Positions 30,171-40,133 are shown, counted from the stretch's first letter. The stretch is DNA of 58,057 bases from Eubacteriales bacterium (GCA_045594305.1 JAZNYH010000049.1:1-58057), one strand, 5' to 3'. The notes: generated by a model not told the origin, from the sequence alone. Made by a program: numbers and translations.

Positions 30171-31376
30171 CTAAAGCTCCTCGAAAACGAGCATACCGTT
30201 TTCCTTCGCCCTTGCCGCCTTAAAGGTCATTGAGCCTGCATAGCCGTCTATTACCTTAAAGCCTGTAAACACAAGTCGCCCGTTCCATTCTGCACACTTT
30301 GGCACGCCTGCACAGGGAATGAGTGTATCATCTATTGCCTCAAAGTCCTCAAAGGGCTTACTTGACACAAGATATCTTGCCCTACCACGAAGGCTAAATA
30401 CGAGATAGTATTTTCCGTTATACTTGAAATAGTCGGGGCATTCGGGGTGGTCGCTATTTGGAGCCTTATAGATTGGCTCATCGCACTCATCCCATTTTTC
30501 CAAATCCTTCGACACATAGTGAGCCAAAGCACCCTTATTCTCCTCGACAAGAACTGTTGTCAGAAGCATATGATAGGTCCCGTCCTCTGCCATTATAACC
30601 TTTGGATCTCTTGCGACCTGACTATTATATTTTGAAGAAACGAAAAAGCCAAAGCTCTCATCCTTTTCGAAGTGGTAGCCGTCTGAGGAAACGCTTCTGC
30701 TAATTATTGCAGGCAAGCCGTTTGCACGCCTAATTGTGTAGAAAAGATACTCCTTGTCACCATTTCGTATCCAAGACCCTGTGCATATAGAACCCTCTTC
30801 CTTGCTCGTTATAGGCACTGCCATAGGGTGAGAGCTCCACACCTTAAAATCCTTAGTTGAGATATGCTCCCATTGGTGAGCGCCCATTCCCCATTTGCTT
30901 TTGTGGTGATGTCTGTCTTTAAGATACAAAACATGATATTCGCCATCCTTCACATATGGCATACAATCGCCTACAAATACTCCGTTTCCGGGATACCAGC
31001 CCTCTGCATTTTCAAATGTCGATATAACGCTTGGTGTTGGCTTTTCCTCCTTTATGTATTCGCCCAGATGTATGTCCGCCCTTGTGTCGATGGTATCGCC
31101 TAAATCAAAAAGCCTTTCGCCATAGGGCCACTCCTCATCCATTATCACGCCATTTACATATAGCTCTATTCTATAATCAAGGAATATAGCCTCTACCCTG
31201 TCGCCTATTTCCACCCTGCTTGTTAGAGTGAGAGGTCTTTCGTTATAGTCGTAGAGGACCGATATTGTAAGGGTATTGTCAAGTGCTAATATTTCAAGCG
31301 TTTTTTGCCCGTTTTTTTGAGCAAACGCACACAGGGGAAGCTCTTTTATTTCAAATGCTATTTTAATATCACTCAT
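30171..31376 (-). CDS. Glycoside hydrolase family 32-like protein
   Basis: GDCMPY (nucleophile variant), WEHISTKD, RDP and ECPD motifs. Confidence 0.85.
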   Translation of the reverse strand: MSDIKIAFEIKELPLCAFAQKNGQKTLEILALDNTLTISVLYDYNERPLTLTSRVEIGDRVEAIFLDYRIELYVNGVIMDEEWPYGERLFDLGDTIDTRADIHLGEYIKEEKPTPSVISTFENAEGWYPGNGVFVGDCMPYVKDGEYHVLYLKDRHHHKSKWGMGAHQWEHISTKDFKVWSSHPMAVPITSKEEGSICTGSWIRNGDKEYLFYTIRRANGLPAIISRSVSSDGYHFEKDESFGFFVSSKYNSQVARDPKVIMAEDGTYHMLLTTVLVEENKGALAHYVSKDLEKWDECDEPIYKAPNSDHPECPDYFKYNGKYYLVFSLRGRARYLVSSKPFEDFEAIDDTLIPCAGVPKCAEWNGRLVFTGFKVIDGYAGSMTFKAARAKENGMLVFEEL

Positions 31377-33106
31377 ATTTGTTTTTCTCCTATGTATTCG
31401 CCAAAGCCATTATTATAGCTTATTTTACCTATTGCAAGTGCCGAGAAAAGCGACGCTCCTGTTGCTGCCTCCTCTTCTATTTTGCTGGTTGTAACAGATG
31501 CATTAAAGCGTTTCGCTATTATGGCTTTTAAAATCTCAGTTCTTTTGACAGCTCCGCCCGAGGCAACAATGTGCGTTTTTTTGTCGGGCACGCTTTCATA
31601 AAGCTCGTAAAGCTCATTACACATTCCGTTGAGCACTCCAAGGACAAGAGCCGACGGGGTAAAGCCGTATCTATCAATCTCTTTTATAGAGCCTCTTAGG
31701 TTAGGGTTGCTTCTCTTGCCACAAAAATAAGCGTCGACCAAAAGCCCACTCTCGCCATTTTCAAACGCCTGTGTAGCGAGCTTATCCATTACGCTATATT
31801 GCGATTTTTCCTGTATTCCTAAGCTAATGGTATAGCTTCTAAAAAACTCCTCGAGCATCGAATAAGCAAATCCACCACAAAGGGCAGAGCCACAAACAAG
31901 ATACTTGCCCTCGACAAATGGTCTTAGCTCCAATTCCTTGTCAACATCCAAGTATTTATCGCTAACATATGAAATTTGGGACCCTGTGCCTATATTTAAC
32001 AGCATAGTGTCCTCGTTTTTATCAACCGAGCCCAAAAAGCTCGCTTGATTATCTCCAATTGGCACACAAACAGGGATTTCTCTGTATTTGCCAATCACGA
32101 GGCTCTTTTCTGTTACCTCGGGCAAAATGCTTATGTCAATACCAAGTAGCGATAGCTTTTCTGCCTTGAAGCAGTTACTCTTCATATCAAGCATTCCAAG
32201 GCTTGCGCCTACTGATGTGTGAGTAATTGGCCTTTTATTTTTGCAGATTTCCATAGCAAACAAATCCATTATGGTACAAATTCCCACAGCCTCGCTTGGT
32301 ACATTTTTGTTTAGCATATTGTAATAATGAGTTGCTATGCCATAGCCAGTTGAGATACGCTCCTTTGTTATGTCATAAATTAGCTTACAGGTGCTTTTTT
32401 CGCCATTTATAGACACATCTGCACGCTTATCCTGCCAGTTAATAAGGTCTGATACGGCTTTTCCGTTTTCATCTATGTACACTATTCCGTGCATTTGACC
32501 AGTTATTCCAATGCTGACTATATTTTCATAGGTGTCAATTATATGGTTAAGTAGTCTTTTAGCCTTCTCTATGATTATAGAAGCACTTTGCTCGGAAAAT
32601 GTGCCCGTTTTGGTATAGGAGCTATGTGGAAGGCTATACGCCTCAGCCTGCTCCTTGTTGTCAATATCGTACACAACTGCACTAATGGTTGTTGTGCCAA
32701 TATCTATTCCTACACAAAGCGTGCCGTAGCTCTTAGAGGTTGCCCGCTCGCTCTCGATAAAGTCACTATCGCTTTTAGATAGCTCATCAATAGAGGTCTT
32801 GCTCAAAATGCTCTCACAAATGCGATACTTCTCCGAGTTTTTGCCACTTTCCTTTAAGATTTCAGCCTTTCGCTTCTCCATCAGCTCATCTATACTCATA
32901 ACGCCAAACAAGTACAGCTTTATGTCGGATATGGCTATTCCTACGCTTCTAAAAAGCTTTATTTCCTTTAAGGTGGCAACATCACTATCGGTATAGCTAC
33001 GATAGCCGTTTTCCTCTCTTAAAACCTTAATAAGCCCCTTGCTTTCATATAGACGGATTGCCTTTGCAGTAAGCCCCGTTATTTTTTCAACATCATTTAT
33101 CTTCAT
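31373..33106 (-). CDS. MerR HTH fused to an FGGY (sedoheptulokinase-like) carbohydrate kinase
   Basis: MerR N-terminus (IRLYESKGLI..RSYT); kinase motifs GIDIGTTT, TGQMHG, WQD, GDNQAS and NIGTGSQ. Confidence 0.88.
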   Translation of the reverse strand: MKINDVEKITGLTAKAIRLYESKGLIKVLREENGYRSYTDSDVATLKEIKLFRSVGIAISDIKLYLFGVMSIDELMEKRKAEILKESGKNSEKYRICESILSKTSIDELSKSDSDFIESERATSKSYGTLCVGIDIGTTTISAVVYDIDNKEQAEAYSLPHSSYTKTGTFSEQSASIIIEKAKRLLNHIIDTYENIVSIGITGQMHGIVYIDENGKAVSDLINWQDKRADVSINGEKSTCKLIYDITKERISTGYGIATHYYNMLNKNVPSEAVGICTIMDLFAMEICKNKRPITHTSVGASLGMLDMKSNCFKAEKLSLLGIDISILPEVTEKSLVIGKYREIPVCVPIGDNQASFLGSVDKNEDTMLLNIGTGSQISYVSDKYLDVDKELELRPFVEGKYLVCGSALCGGFAYSMLEEFFRSYTISLGIQEKSQYSVMDKLATQAFENGESGLLVDAYFCGKRSNPNLRGSIKEIDRYGFTPSALVLGVLNGMCNELYELYESVPDKKTHIVASGGAVKRTEILKAIIAKRFNASVTTSKIEEEAATGASLFSALAIGKISYNNGFGEYIGEKQI

Positions 33107-33139
33107 AGATTTACCTCTCAGGGATAATACTCTATTATT

Positions 33140-33170
33140 ATTTTAAACCATGACCTTAGGTTAATGTCAA
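33140..33170 (-). promoter_or_regulatory. MerR-type promoter/operator of the MerR-kinase/GH32 operon
   Basis: TTGACA-N19-TAAAAT with the same dyad-containing spacer. Confidence 0.82.
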
Positions 33171-33321
33171 GTGCTTTTCGCTTTTTTCCATATACGGGTA
33201 ATAAGTATCAAATCTCCACGGATATTTTGAGATATAATATTGACCACGCAAGGGGTGTTATGATAAAATAGAGGTAGTTAAATAAACGGCGTAAGCCTTC
33301 GGTGCTGAAAAGGATATTTGT

Positions 33322-34197
33322 ATGAAAAAGGTAGCAGTATTTATGATTTTTGGGCAATCTAATGCCACAGGTCACGCAATGCCAATGAAGGAGGAGGACT
33401 ACATCTTAGAGCCTCTTAAAAATGTGTATGGCTTAAATCGAGAGCCAAATCAATCCTTTGATATTGACCATTTGGAGTTTAGTGGATATACAAGCTTTGG
33501 TATGAACCTTGCTGAAACGCAGGATAACACCTACTCTGTTCCAAATCAGCTTGCAAAGGCGTGGCAGTTGAAAATTGATGAGGGTGAGAGCTTGCCTGAC
33601 TTATACATAGTTCAAATTTCTATTGGCTCGCAGGGGCTTTACGATATGTGGAATATGGAAATGGGAAGAAAGCTAAAGCCTGGTATTTTAGGAGAGGTGG
33701 AAATTTCTCTTTTCCCATTTACCGTTCATATTCTTACTCTGCTTAATAAATATTTTAAGGATAACGATATTGAGCCTGACTTTGTGGGAATGCATTGGCG
33801 TGGTGGTGAGCAGGAAACAAGACGCCCGTTTGCTTCGCTTATGGAAGGCAGACTGAAAAACGACTACAAGAAATTCTTTGGCTCGCTAAGAGAGGCTCTT
33901 GGCTATGACGCTCCTATTGTATTGCACAAAATGCCCTTCGTTGAGGTCTTTGCAAGAGAGGACACAACAGGTGGTCACTTGGGCGCTATGACCTACATCA
34001 ACTATGTTTTTGAGCAATTAACACACGAGCTTGGGGATACTACCATCTTCGACCCAACAAAATGTCCGTTCTACAATCCTGCCATTTGGGATAGTGGAAT
34101 TTATCGTTGGGATTTAATCCACTACACAGGAGAAATGAACGCCTGGGTAGCCGAGGAAATTTTAAAGGACTATATAGGCAAAAGACTTGGAAAATAA
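33322..34197 (+). CDS. SASA/SGNH-type carbohydrate acetylesterase-like protein
   Basis: GQSNATG, WRGGEQE and DLIH motifs. Confidence 0.75.
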   Translation: MKKVAVFMIFGQSNATGHAMPMKEEDYILEPLKNVYGLNREPNQSFDIDHLEFSGYTSFGMNLAETQDNTYSVPNQLAKAWQLKIDEGESLPDLYIVQISIGSQGLYDMWNMEMGRKLKPGILGEVEISLFPFTVHILTLLNKYFKDNDIEPDFVGMHWRGGEQETRRPFASLMEGRLKNDYKKFFGSLREALGYDAPIVLHKMPFVEVFAREDTTGGHLGAMTYINYVFEQLTHELGDTTIFDPTKCPFYNPAIWDSGIYRWDLIHYTGEMNAWVAEEILKDYIGKRLGK

Positions 34198-34246
34198 GAA
34201 AAAGCCTTGCGATGCAAGGCTTTTTTAATTGTCGCAGGCTTAGACC

Positions 34247-35359
34247 TTAATCCAAGTATTTTTTTGATAGCTCGGCGATTTTTTTCGACAAGCGACGGTC
34301 TATTATTAAGTGGTCGTATTTTTCAATATAGCGTTTTAATGCTTGCTTATTGATTGGCTTAGGCGTTTTTCCAAGCTTTCTTAAAAGATTATCGGAAAAG
34401 ATTTTTTGCACTACCTCTTGTGGTAAAGCAAGTCCTTTTAAGAGTGTATCATCAAAGGACATAATGGTATGGTCTGTTGCCATATAGCGATAAACCCTGT
34501 CGCAGAGCCATATGCCTGCCTCGATGAAGGTGGGAAAATCCATATCCGTTCCAAAAATCATTCTGTCCTGATATTTTGTGAAAAATTCCTTATAATATTC
34601 AGGTCTTTTATTAAAGCCTAAATACATCTCTCCACCTGGTGTTAAATCAAAGCAGAGCTTTGGGTATTTTGCCATCATTTCTTCAAGCCTTTCTGGGTTT
34701 TCTGAGCAGAAGAAAAAGTGAGCTAAGCAAAGATTAAGTGACGGATGCTTTTGGAGCACATTGTCTATTTGACGGTAAATTTCCTTGTTGCTTGGGTAGA
34801 TACTGTCATCCCCATAGAACCACTTTTTCTTTATCATTTCGGGTGTAGGGTGTGTCCAAAAGGTCTCAGGGTCAACGGCGTGCATAAGAAGATATGTTCC
34901 GTCCCTCTCCATTTTCTCAAACACTCCGTCAAAGAAATCGCTATCAAGAGGATTGTTTACCTTTATATATAGATTAGGCTTGCCCTCCAACATTTTAATA
35001 CCATCAAAGCCTATTTCCATAAGCTCATCGTATTGGGCTTCCAAGGACATATTTTCCATATTTTCCCGTGTGGCAGGATATTCGGGATATGTAAAGCCAC
35101 CATAGGAAAAGGTGTTTTCGTTGAGCATTTTATAAAAAGCACAAATAATATTGTTGCTCACATCTCTTGCAACAGGAGTGGGGTTTCCCGACGGCAAGGG
35201 TGCTAAGGCAATATACTTTAAATTACATTGGCGTCTATACTCCTCAAATCCGTGAATAAATTCCTCGCCCGTTTCCTCATCAATCCATCTATGAATATGG
35301 ATATGACCGTCAAACGCATCCTTTACATTTGGAAATTGCTTTTCTAAATATTTGCTCAT
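34247..35359 (-). CDS. Amidohydrolase family protein
   Basis: DGHIHIH, GIKML, LAH and FGTD metal-binding motifs. Confidence 0.82.
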   Translation of the reverse strand: MSKYLEKQFPNVKDAFDGHIHIHRWIDEETGEEFIHGFEEYRRQCNLKYIALAPLPSGNPTPVARDVSNNIICAFYKMLNENTFSYGGFTYPEYPATRENMENMSLEAQYDELMEIGFDGIKMLEGKPNLYIKVNNPLDSDFFDGVFEKMERDGTYLLMHAVDPETFWTHPTPEMIKKKWFYGDDSIYPSNKEIYRQIDNVLQKHPSLNLCLAHFFFCSENPERLEEMMAKYPKLCFDLTPGGEMYLGFNKRPEYYKEFFTKYQDRMIFGTDMDFPTFIEAGIWLCDRVYRYMATDHTIMSFDDTLLKGLALPQEVVQKIFSDNLLRKLGKTPKPINKQALKRYIEKYDHLIIDRRLSKKIAELSKKYLD

Positions 35360-35500
35360 TTCAAAGCCTCCTTAAAATTCTATTTTCATTTTATCAAAGT
35401 GTATACAAAAAATCAAGATTTAAGAGCAAAAAACTCACACACATAGCTAAGCTTTTCCTTACGGGCAGAAAAAGCCCTGCCGTGCATTAGCATTTACCAC

Positions 35501-35537
35501 AAACAACCCATACGATTAGGTCGTATGGGTTGTTTTT
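35501..35537. terminator. Hairpin terminator related to those at 38121 and 50305
   Basis: AAACAACCCATACGA-ttagg-TCGTATGGGTTGTTT. Confidence 0.75.
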
Positions 35538-35574
35538 TATTGATTTGTGTCTTCACTTCGATTTTGTACACCTT

Positions 35575-35625
35575 TTGGCATACGGTTACAGCATTTTGGC
35601 ATACTAATTGGCATACTTGGCGCAC
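35575..35625. repeat. Clustered 9-bp direct repeats
   Basis: TTGGCATAC at 35575, 35596 and 35608; TTGGCGCAC at 35617. Confidence 0.75.
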
Positions 35626-36263
35626 TAGGTGTTTTTGCTTATAAATCTTAAAAGTTCATCAGCTAGAGGTGTAGTTCTTTTTGCAACCATACCACTACCA
35701 CTCATTGATATATTAGGGTTATCAAGAGTGATCATACCGTCAATATACAAATCTTTATAGATTTTATTAAACAGTTTGTTGTTTAATTCAGGATAAACAT
35801 CAAACAATGGAGTTGTTGGCGAACCCATATAGTAAGAAGAAGCATCAACGAACGCTCTTGGATTAAAGAAGAAATGAATTATTTTTATATGTGATACTGT
35901 ATACTTATCTATTAAATCCAAAAAAACAATAAGTTTTTCTTCCTCGATATTACTCTCAGCAGAATTTAAAACCGCATTAGCTAAATATATTCTTTTTTCT
36001 TCAGATGCTGTTTTCATAGCAATTTCTGTTGCTTTAATTAAAACCGTTGTAAAATTTTCACTATTACCAACATCATCAAGCGTTTTTTCTAGTGTTGATA
36101 ATCTTGACTCAATCTCGTCTTGCCATTTGATTCGGCGCTTATCCAAACATCCACCTTTGACAGCATCATATATATTAGTTAATAAAGCACCTCCCGGTAT
36201 TGTGCTTAATACAGTTTTGGCGGACACCTCCACCGTTGAAATAGCGATTTCCTTAATAGACAT
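35625..36263 (-). CDS. Hypothetical protein, Abi-alpha/DUF4393-like (tentative)
   Basis: AGGAGG RBS; helical pattern EKRIYLANAVLNS..FLDLIDKYT..HIKII resembles that family from memory. Confidence 0.5.
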   Translation of the reverse strand: MSIKEIAISTVEVSAKTVLSTIPGGALLTNIYDAVKGGCLDKRRIKWQDEIESRLSTLEKTLDDVGNSENFTTVLIKATEIAMKTASEEKRIYLANAVLNSAESNIEEEKLIVFLDLIDKYTVSHIKIIHFFFNPRAFVDASSYYMGSPTTPLFDVYPELNNKLFNKIYKDLYIDGMITLDNPNISMSGSGMVAKRTTPLADELLRFISKNT

Positions 36264-36433
36264 AAAGGGACCTCCTTTTATAAGATTTTCATACAATAAT
36301 TATACCATAATAAAATATAACTTATCAAGAAAAGTTTTACAAAATTATCAATTAAAATAACCATATAGCTTTTGGTCTATATGTTTTTTAATTTTAAATT
36401 TTGCATCCTTGAATAAATTGTTCCCTTTGTTTG

Positions 36434-36643
36434 TTATTCTTCAACTATCTCAAATAAATCCTTGCTATATAGATAGCCCTCGCCGCTTTCATCTATGAGG
36501 CGGTACATTTTACCCGTCTTTGATATTTCTATCACCTCATAAACCTTATCTTCTAGAATGTCGCTCGTGGAAAATACATGTCGCTCGCCATCCATATATA
36601 ATATCCAACTGTTTCGGTTGCTTTCAATTATTTTAACTTTCAT
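36434..36643 (-). CDS. Small hypothetical protein (SH3-like beta pattern)
   Basis: AGGAG RBS; YEVIEI..YRLIDESGEGYLY..FEIVE. Confidence 0.6.
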   Translation of the reverse strand: MKVKIIESNRNSWILYMDGERHVFSTSDILEDKVYEVIEISKTGKMYRLIDESGEGYLYSKDLFEIVEE

Positions 36644-36687
36644 AGAAATGCTCCTATCTGACGGAGCTGTCAATAATATTTAATTAG

Positions 36688-37989
36688 TTAATTTTTTGTC
36701 AGTTCCAAAGTACGTATCACAGAACCGTCGTAAGAAATTTTAATTGTCCAATATTCTTTATGCTCTTCTTTTTCATAACACAACTGTATTTCAGCAGTAT
36801 CACTTTCTTTTTTTAGAATATCGCAGTTCACTTTTTCTTTCTCACAATGTACTCGCTTTGCCCCAACATTCTCGATATACTCGATTATTTTCCATTTCCC
36901 AATCAACTTTAAGTTTTCACAGATTAAAACAGACTCGTCATCAAGTACGTTGTAAAGAAAATAAGTGTATCCACCTTCGAAAGCATTATAAACGAACTCC
37001 ACTACTCGATCAAAAGAATATGTTTCGCTCTGTTGTTTTGCTAATCGAAATTGTTGTTCGCAAAGCATTAGACAGTTTCCCCACCAGCCGCATGATCCTT
37101 TACCTTTGATTTTTCCTGTCATCAGCAAACGATGAATCATTTCCAATACCATATCAAAGTTAATTTGAAGGAAAATATCTTTTTTCGCTTTCTTATAAAC
37201 CTTTGAATATATGCATAAAGAATTTTGATATTTGTTATTTATACATCCTAACACATAATCCTCAAGCTTGCTTATTTCCCAAGGCTCTACGCGCTGCGAA
37301 TTTCCCACGATACACTCTGATTGCCAACCTTGTATTTCTTTGAACCTATTTGACATATCATAAAGATCTTGCTTTGACAATTTCTCTTTGTTTTTAAGCG
37401 CATCAACCATAGAAAACTTTATTCCGTCAAAACTTTTTTCTGTGTGTTTCCACCTTACAAGAAAGACGTTTTCAAAGCGCTTGAACTTATCGGCGAAATA
37501 AAGCATATTTAACAACGCATTTTGGTCATCGTTATCACTAACCCAAAAATATACAGATGTGTTATTTGGTATTTCACTAATCTTTTCAAACTGATTTTTT
37601 ATAAATCGTTCTGCGTTTTCAGCAGAGCTATAGTTGTGCGCATAATAATTTGCATTTGAGTAAGGCGGATTGGAAATATCTCCAATCCATAATCCATAAT
37701 TCAAAATCAAAAGATGATAATCAACTCCTACATAATGCTTTTTCTCGGTTCTGCCTAAAACATCTTTTAAATATTCATTTGATAAAAAATGGCGAAGTCC
37801 GTTCTCGTGCATATCAGAAAAAAGCACATGCACTTCTTTAATATCGACATTCACTGTGTTTTTACCACAGTAAGGACATGTGTGGGTTGGCCCCCATTCT
37901 CCAAGTTTTAACAATTGACCGCAATTTACGCACTTTTCTTTGAAGCGCATTTCTTCAATTTTATCACTCATAAAAATATCCTTTCGCAC
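36688..37989 (-). CDS. Zn-ribbon plus DUF1835-like hypothetical protein
   Basis: CVNC..CPYC N-terminus; HVLFS, IGDI and YFWVSDN pattern; family call tentative. Confidence 0.55.
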   Translation of the reverse strand: MRKDIFMSDKIEEMRFKEKCVNCGQLLKLGEWGPTHTCPYCGKNTVNVDIKEVHVLFSDMHENGLRHFLSNEYLKDVLGRTEKKHYVGVDYHLLILNYGLWIGDISNPPYSNANYYAHNYSSAENAERFIKNQFEKISEIPNNTSVYFWVSDNDDQNALLNMLYFADKFKRFENVFLVRWKHTEKSFDGIKFSMVDALKNKEKLSKQDLYDMSNRFKEIQGWQSECIVGNSQRVEPWEISKLEDYVLGCINNKYQNSLCIYSKVYKKAKKDIFLQINFDMVLEMIHRLLMTGKIKGKGSCGWWGNCLMLCEQQFRLAKQQSETYSFDRVVEFVYNAFEGGYTYFLYNVLDDESVLICENLKLIGKWKIIEYIENVGAKRVHCEKEKVNCDILKKESDTAEIQLCYEKEEHKEYWTIKISYDGSVIRTLELTKN

Positions 37990-38206
37990 CTTCTCAAACC
38001 CAACAATTACATCTTCTTTGTCATTGAGTTCTCTTTTGTTTTCTGTCCTTATTATATCAAATCTTTTTTATTTTGTAAAGCTTTAGATGTCCTGAAAACA
38101 CGACATCTTAAATTGCATAAAAATAAGCCTCTACGATTTGGTCGTAAAGGCTTGATTTATATTGAATTTTTTCTGCGTTTTTGCCTGCAAACTGGTATAC
38201 AGCATA

Positions 38207-38238
38207 AGAAAAAGCCGACACTTGGTCGGCTTTTTGGT
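38207..38238 (-). terminator. Probable pre-integration lysS terminator
   Basis: AAAAGCCGAC-acttg-GTCGGCTTTT directly after the displaced lysS 3' end. Confidence 0.75.
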
Positions 38239-38270
38239 TTAGTTATCGCTAAGTGGCTTCATCGTTGGGA
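38239..38270 (-). repeat. att site: displaced lysS 3' end (encodes PTMKPLSDN*)
   Basis: 25/32 identical to 50461-50492; shared GTTGGGA core. Confidence 0.85.
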
Positions 38271-38385
38271 TTGGAAGATGAATACATTACAATTCTCTTT
38301 AAATCTTCACAAAACCCTTTATTTACAAGGCTTTTCGGATTTCGAACCTTACACAACTCTACAAAACTCTACAATCAATATTGAC

Positions 38386-38409
38386 AAAGTTGTGTAAAAA
38401 GTTGTGTAA
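38386..38409. repeat. Integrase arm-type sites, left end
   Basis: AAAGTTGTGTAA x2 in tandem; inverted copy at 38349-38360. Confidence 0.75.
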
Positions 38410-38436
38410 TTTTTTCGAGTCATTTCAAATGGTATT

Positions 38437-39645
38437 TTATACTGTAACGGTTCTATAATCTAAGCAAACATTTACTAAGTCATAATTCAGTTTATTCTTA
38501 GTAACTTTTGTGTAAATATCCATTGTTATATTGAAGCTACTATGACCCATTAAGGTTTGTACTACCTTCACATTTACACCCTCTTCAAATAGTCGAGTGC
38601 AATATGTATGTCTCAGCATATGGCAAGAAATATGTGGTAACTTCGTTTGATTACTCTCATTGGAATTATACTCCTTGACAATTCTGTCAAGAGCTTTGTT
38701 TAATGTTCTATCGTGATGAGGTCTGCCAATCTTATTGACAAATACAAAATCCGTATAGCCATCAACACTTATGTTGCATTTAATTCCAAGATTTTTTTGA
38801 TATTCCCTCTCCGTCAGTAATGCTTCTTTAACGAACGGAAGTAACGGAAGTTGTCTGCAACCAGCCTTGGTCTTGGTAGAATTTACAATATAATGCAAGT
38901 CTGAATCATCTCGTTTTATATATACTAAGGTGTGATTGACATTTATTATATTATTTTCGAAATCAATATCACTCCACCTCAATCCCGATATTTCTCCAGC
39001 TCTCATACCAGTTCCAAGCATTACAGTAAACACGGGAGCCCAATGATTATACTGACTATTATTGCTTAAAAAATCCACAAATGCAGTCTGCTCTTCCACC
39101 TCTAAAGGTGGAACTTCTTTTTCTTTCAACTCATTAGCAATGGTTAGTCCTCTTAACTTATTATGGGCTACATTAACTTGAATGATTTCATCCTCTATAG
39201 CATAATCAAATACTTGGAATAACACATTATGTATTCTTTCAAGAGTAGATTTTTTCATTATACCCTCGTCTAATATAGAATTATAGAATTGAGTTATATC
39301 CGTTCCCTTGACAGAAGCGATTTTGAGCTTGCCAAAAGTGGGACGAACATTCCTATCAAACATATCTATATAGTTTGCACGGGTATTAAGTTTTATTCCT
39401 CTCTTGTTTTTTATCCATTTGTCAAAAACATCATTAATGGTAACAGACTTATTTTTCACACTACTGCCTTGATATATTTCTACAGTAAGTTTCTTTTCTT
39501 TTTCTCGCAATTCATCAAGAGTCTTAGCTCTTATTTCATAAGGCTTTCCCTTTACTTGTATTCTATAAGTATAACTGCCATCCTTTCTCTGACATTCTCC
39601 TCTTTTCAAGGTACAACCTCGTCTATCTCGTCTTTTTTTGTTCAT
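38437..39645 (-). CDS. int: Tyrosine integrase (Tn916-like)
   Basis: TGMRAGE (R), HMLRHTYCT (HxxR), MGHSS and terminal IYT; N-terminal arm-binding domain. Confidence 0.95.
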   Translation of the reverse strand: MNKKRRDRRGCTLKRGECQRKDGSYTYRIQVKGKPYEIRAKTLDELREKEKKLTVEIYQGSSVKNKSVTINDVFDKWIKNKRGIKLNTRANYIDMFDRNVRPTFGKLKIASVKGTDITQFYNSILDEGIMKKSTLERIHNVLFQVFDYAIEDEIIQVNVAHNKLRGLTIANELKEKEVPPLEVEEQTAFVDFLSNNSQYNHWAPVFTVMLGTGMRAGEISGLRWSDIDFENNIINVNHTLVYIKRDDSDLHYIVNSTKTKAGCRQLPLLPFVKEALLTEREYQKNLGIKCNISVDGYTDFVFVNKIGRPHHDRTLNKALDRIVKEYNSNESNQTKLPHISCHMLRHTYCTRLFEEGVNVKVVQTLMGHSSFNITMDIYTKVTKNKLNYDLVNVCLDYRTVTV

Positions 39646-39767
39646 CTATAGTTTCTCCTTCTAATTTTCATTTAATCTATATTAAAAATCAAGAAGAGCC
39701 TATCTACGACACGACTAATTATAGCATAATTATCTGTTCTCTTCAAGCTCTTCTTAATTATTATCTT

Positions 39768-39968
39768 TTAAGCAGAATATGCTGCAGTGAGATATTCTTC
39801 AAAGGCTTTTCTTTTTATAAGCCTTTTGTTGCCAGACCAAATTACGAAATCACATCCGTCTTGATTGGTAATATCTCTGAGACGATTAATTCCTATATTA
39901 AAATAAAGCGCTGCTTCTTTCAATGTTAATAGAAATTTTTCGTTAATACGAATATTTTCTTCCATCAA
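39768..39968 (-). CDS. xis: Excisionase (Tn916 Xis-like)
   Basis: LTLKEAALYFNIGINRLR..GNKRLIKRKAFEEYL, upstream of the integrase. Confidence 0.9.
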   Translation of the reverse strand: MMEENIRINEKFLLTLKEAALYFNIGINRLRDITNQDGCDFVIWSGNKRLIKRKAFEEYLTAAYSA

Positions 39969-40133
39969 ATTCCTCCTTATTACAAGTATTTTTTAGATAG
40001 GGTGTTCAGAAAATCTTGTGATAAAAATCCCCTATAAACCCTTATTGTCACTGAATTCATCATAATTAGAAGAACTACAGTAACATTTATATTAGCTATA
40101 TACTATCGTATACTATTATATATTATCCAATTA

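Noticed and set aside
35445-35492. GC-rich hairpin upstream of the amidohydrolase as a riboswitch
   Set aside because: Single imperfect stem with no recognisable aptamer consensus
39691-39755. AAGAAGAGC/GCTCTTCTT inverted repeat with CTACGAC as a rolling-circle nick site
   Set aside because: The match is too short to support; more simply an xis-int intergenic regulatory hairpin
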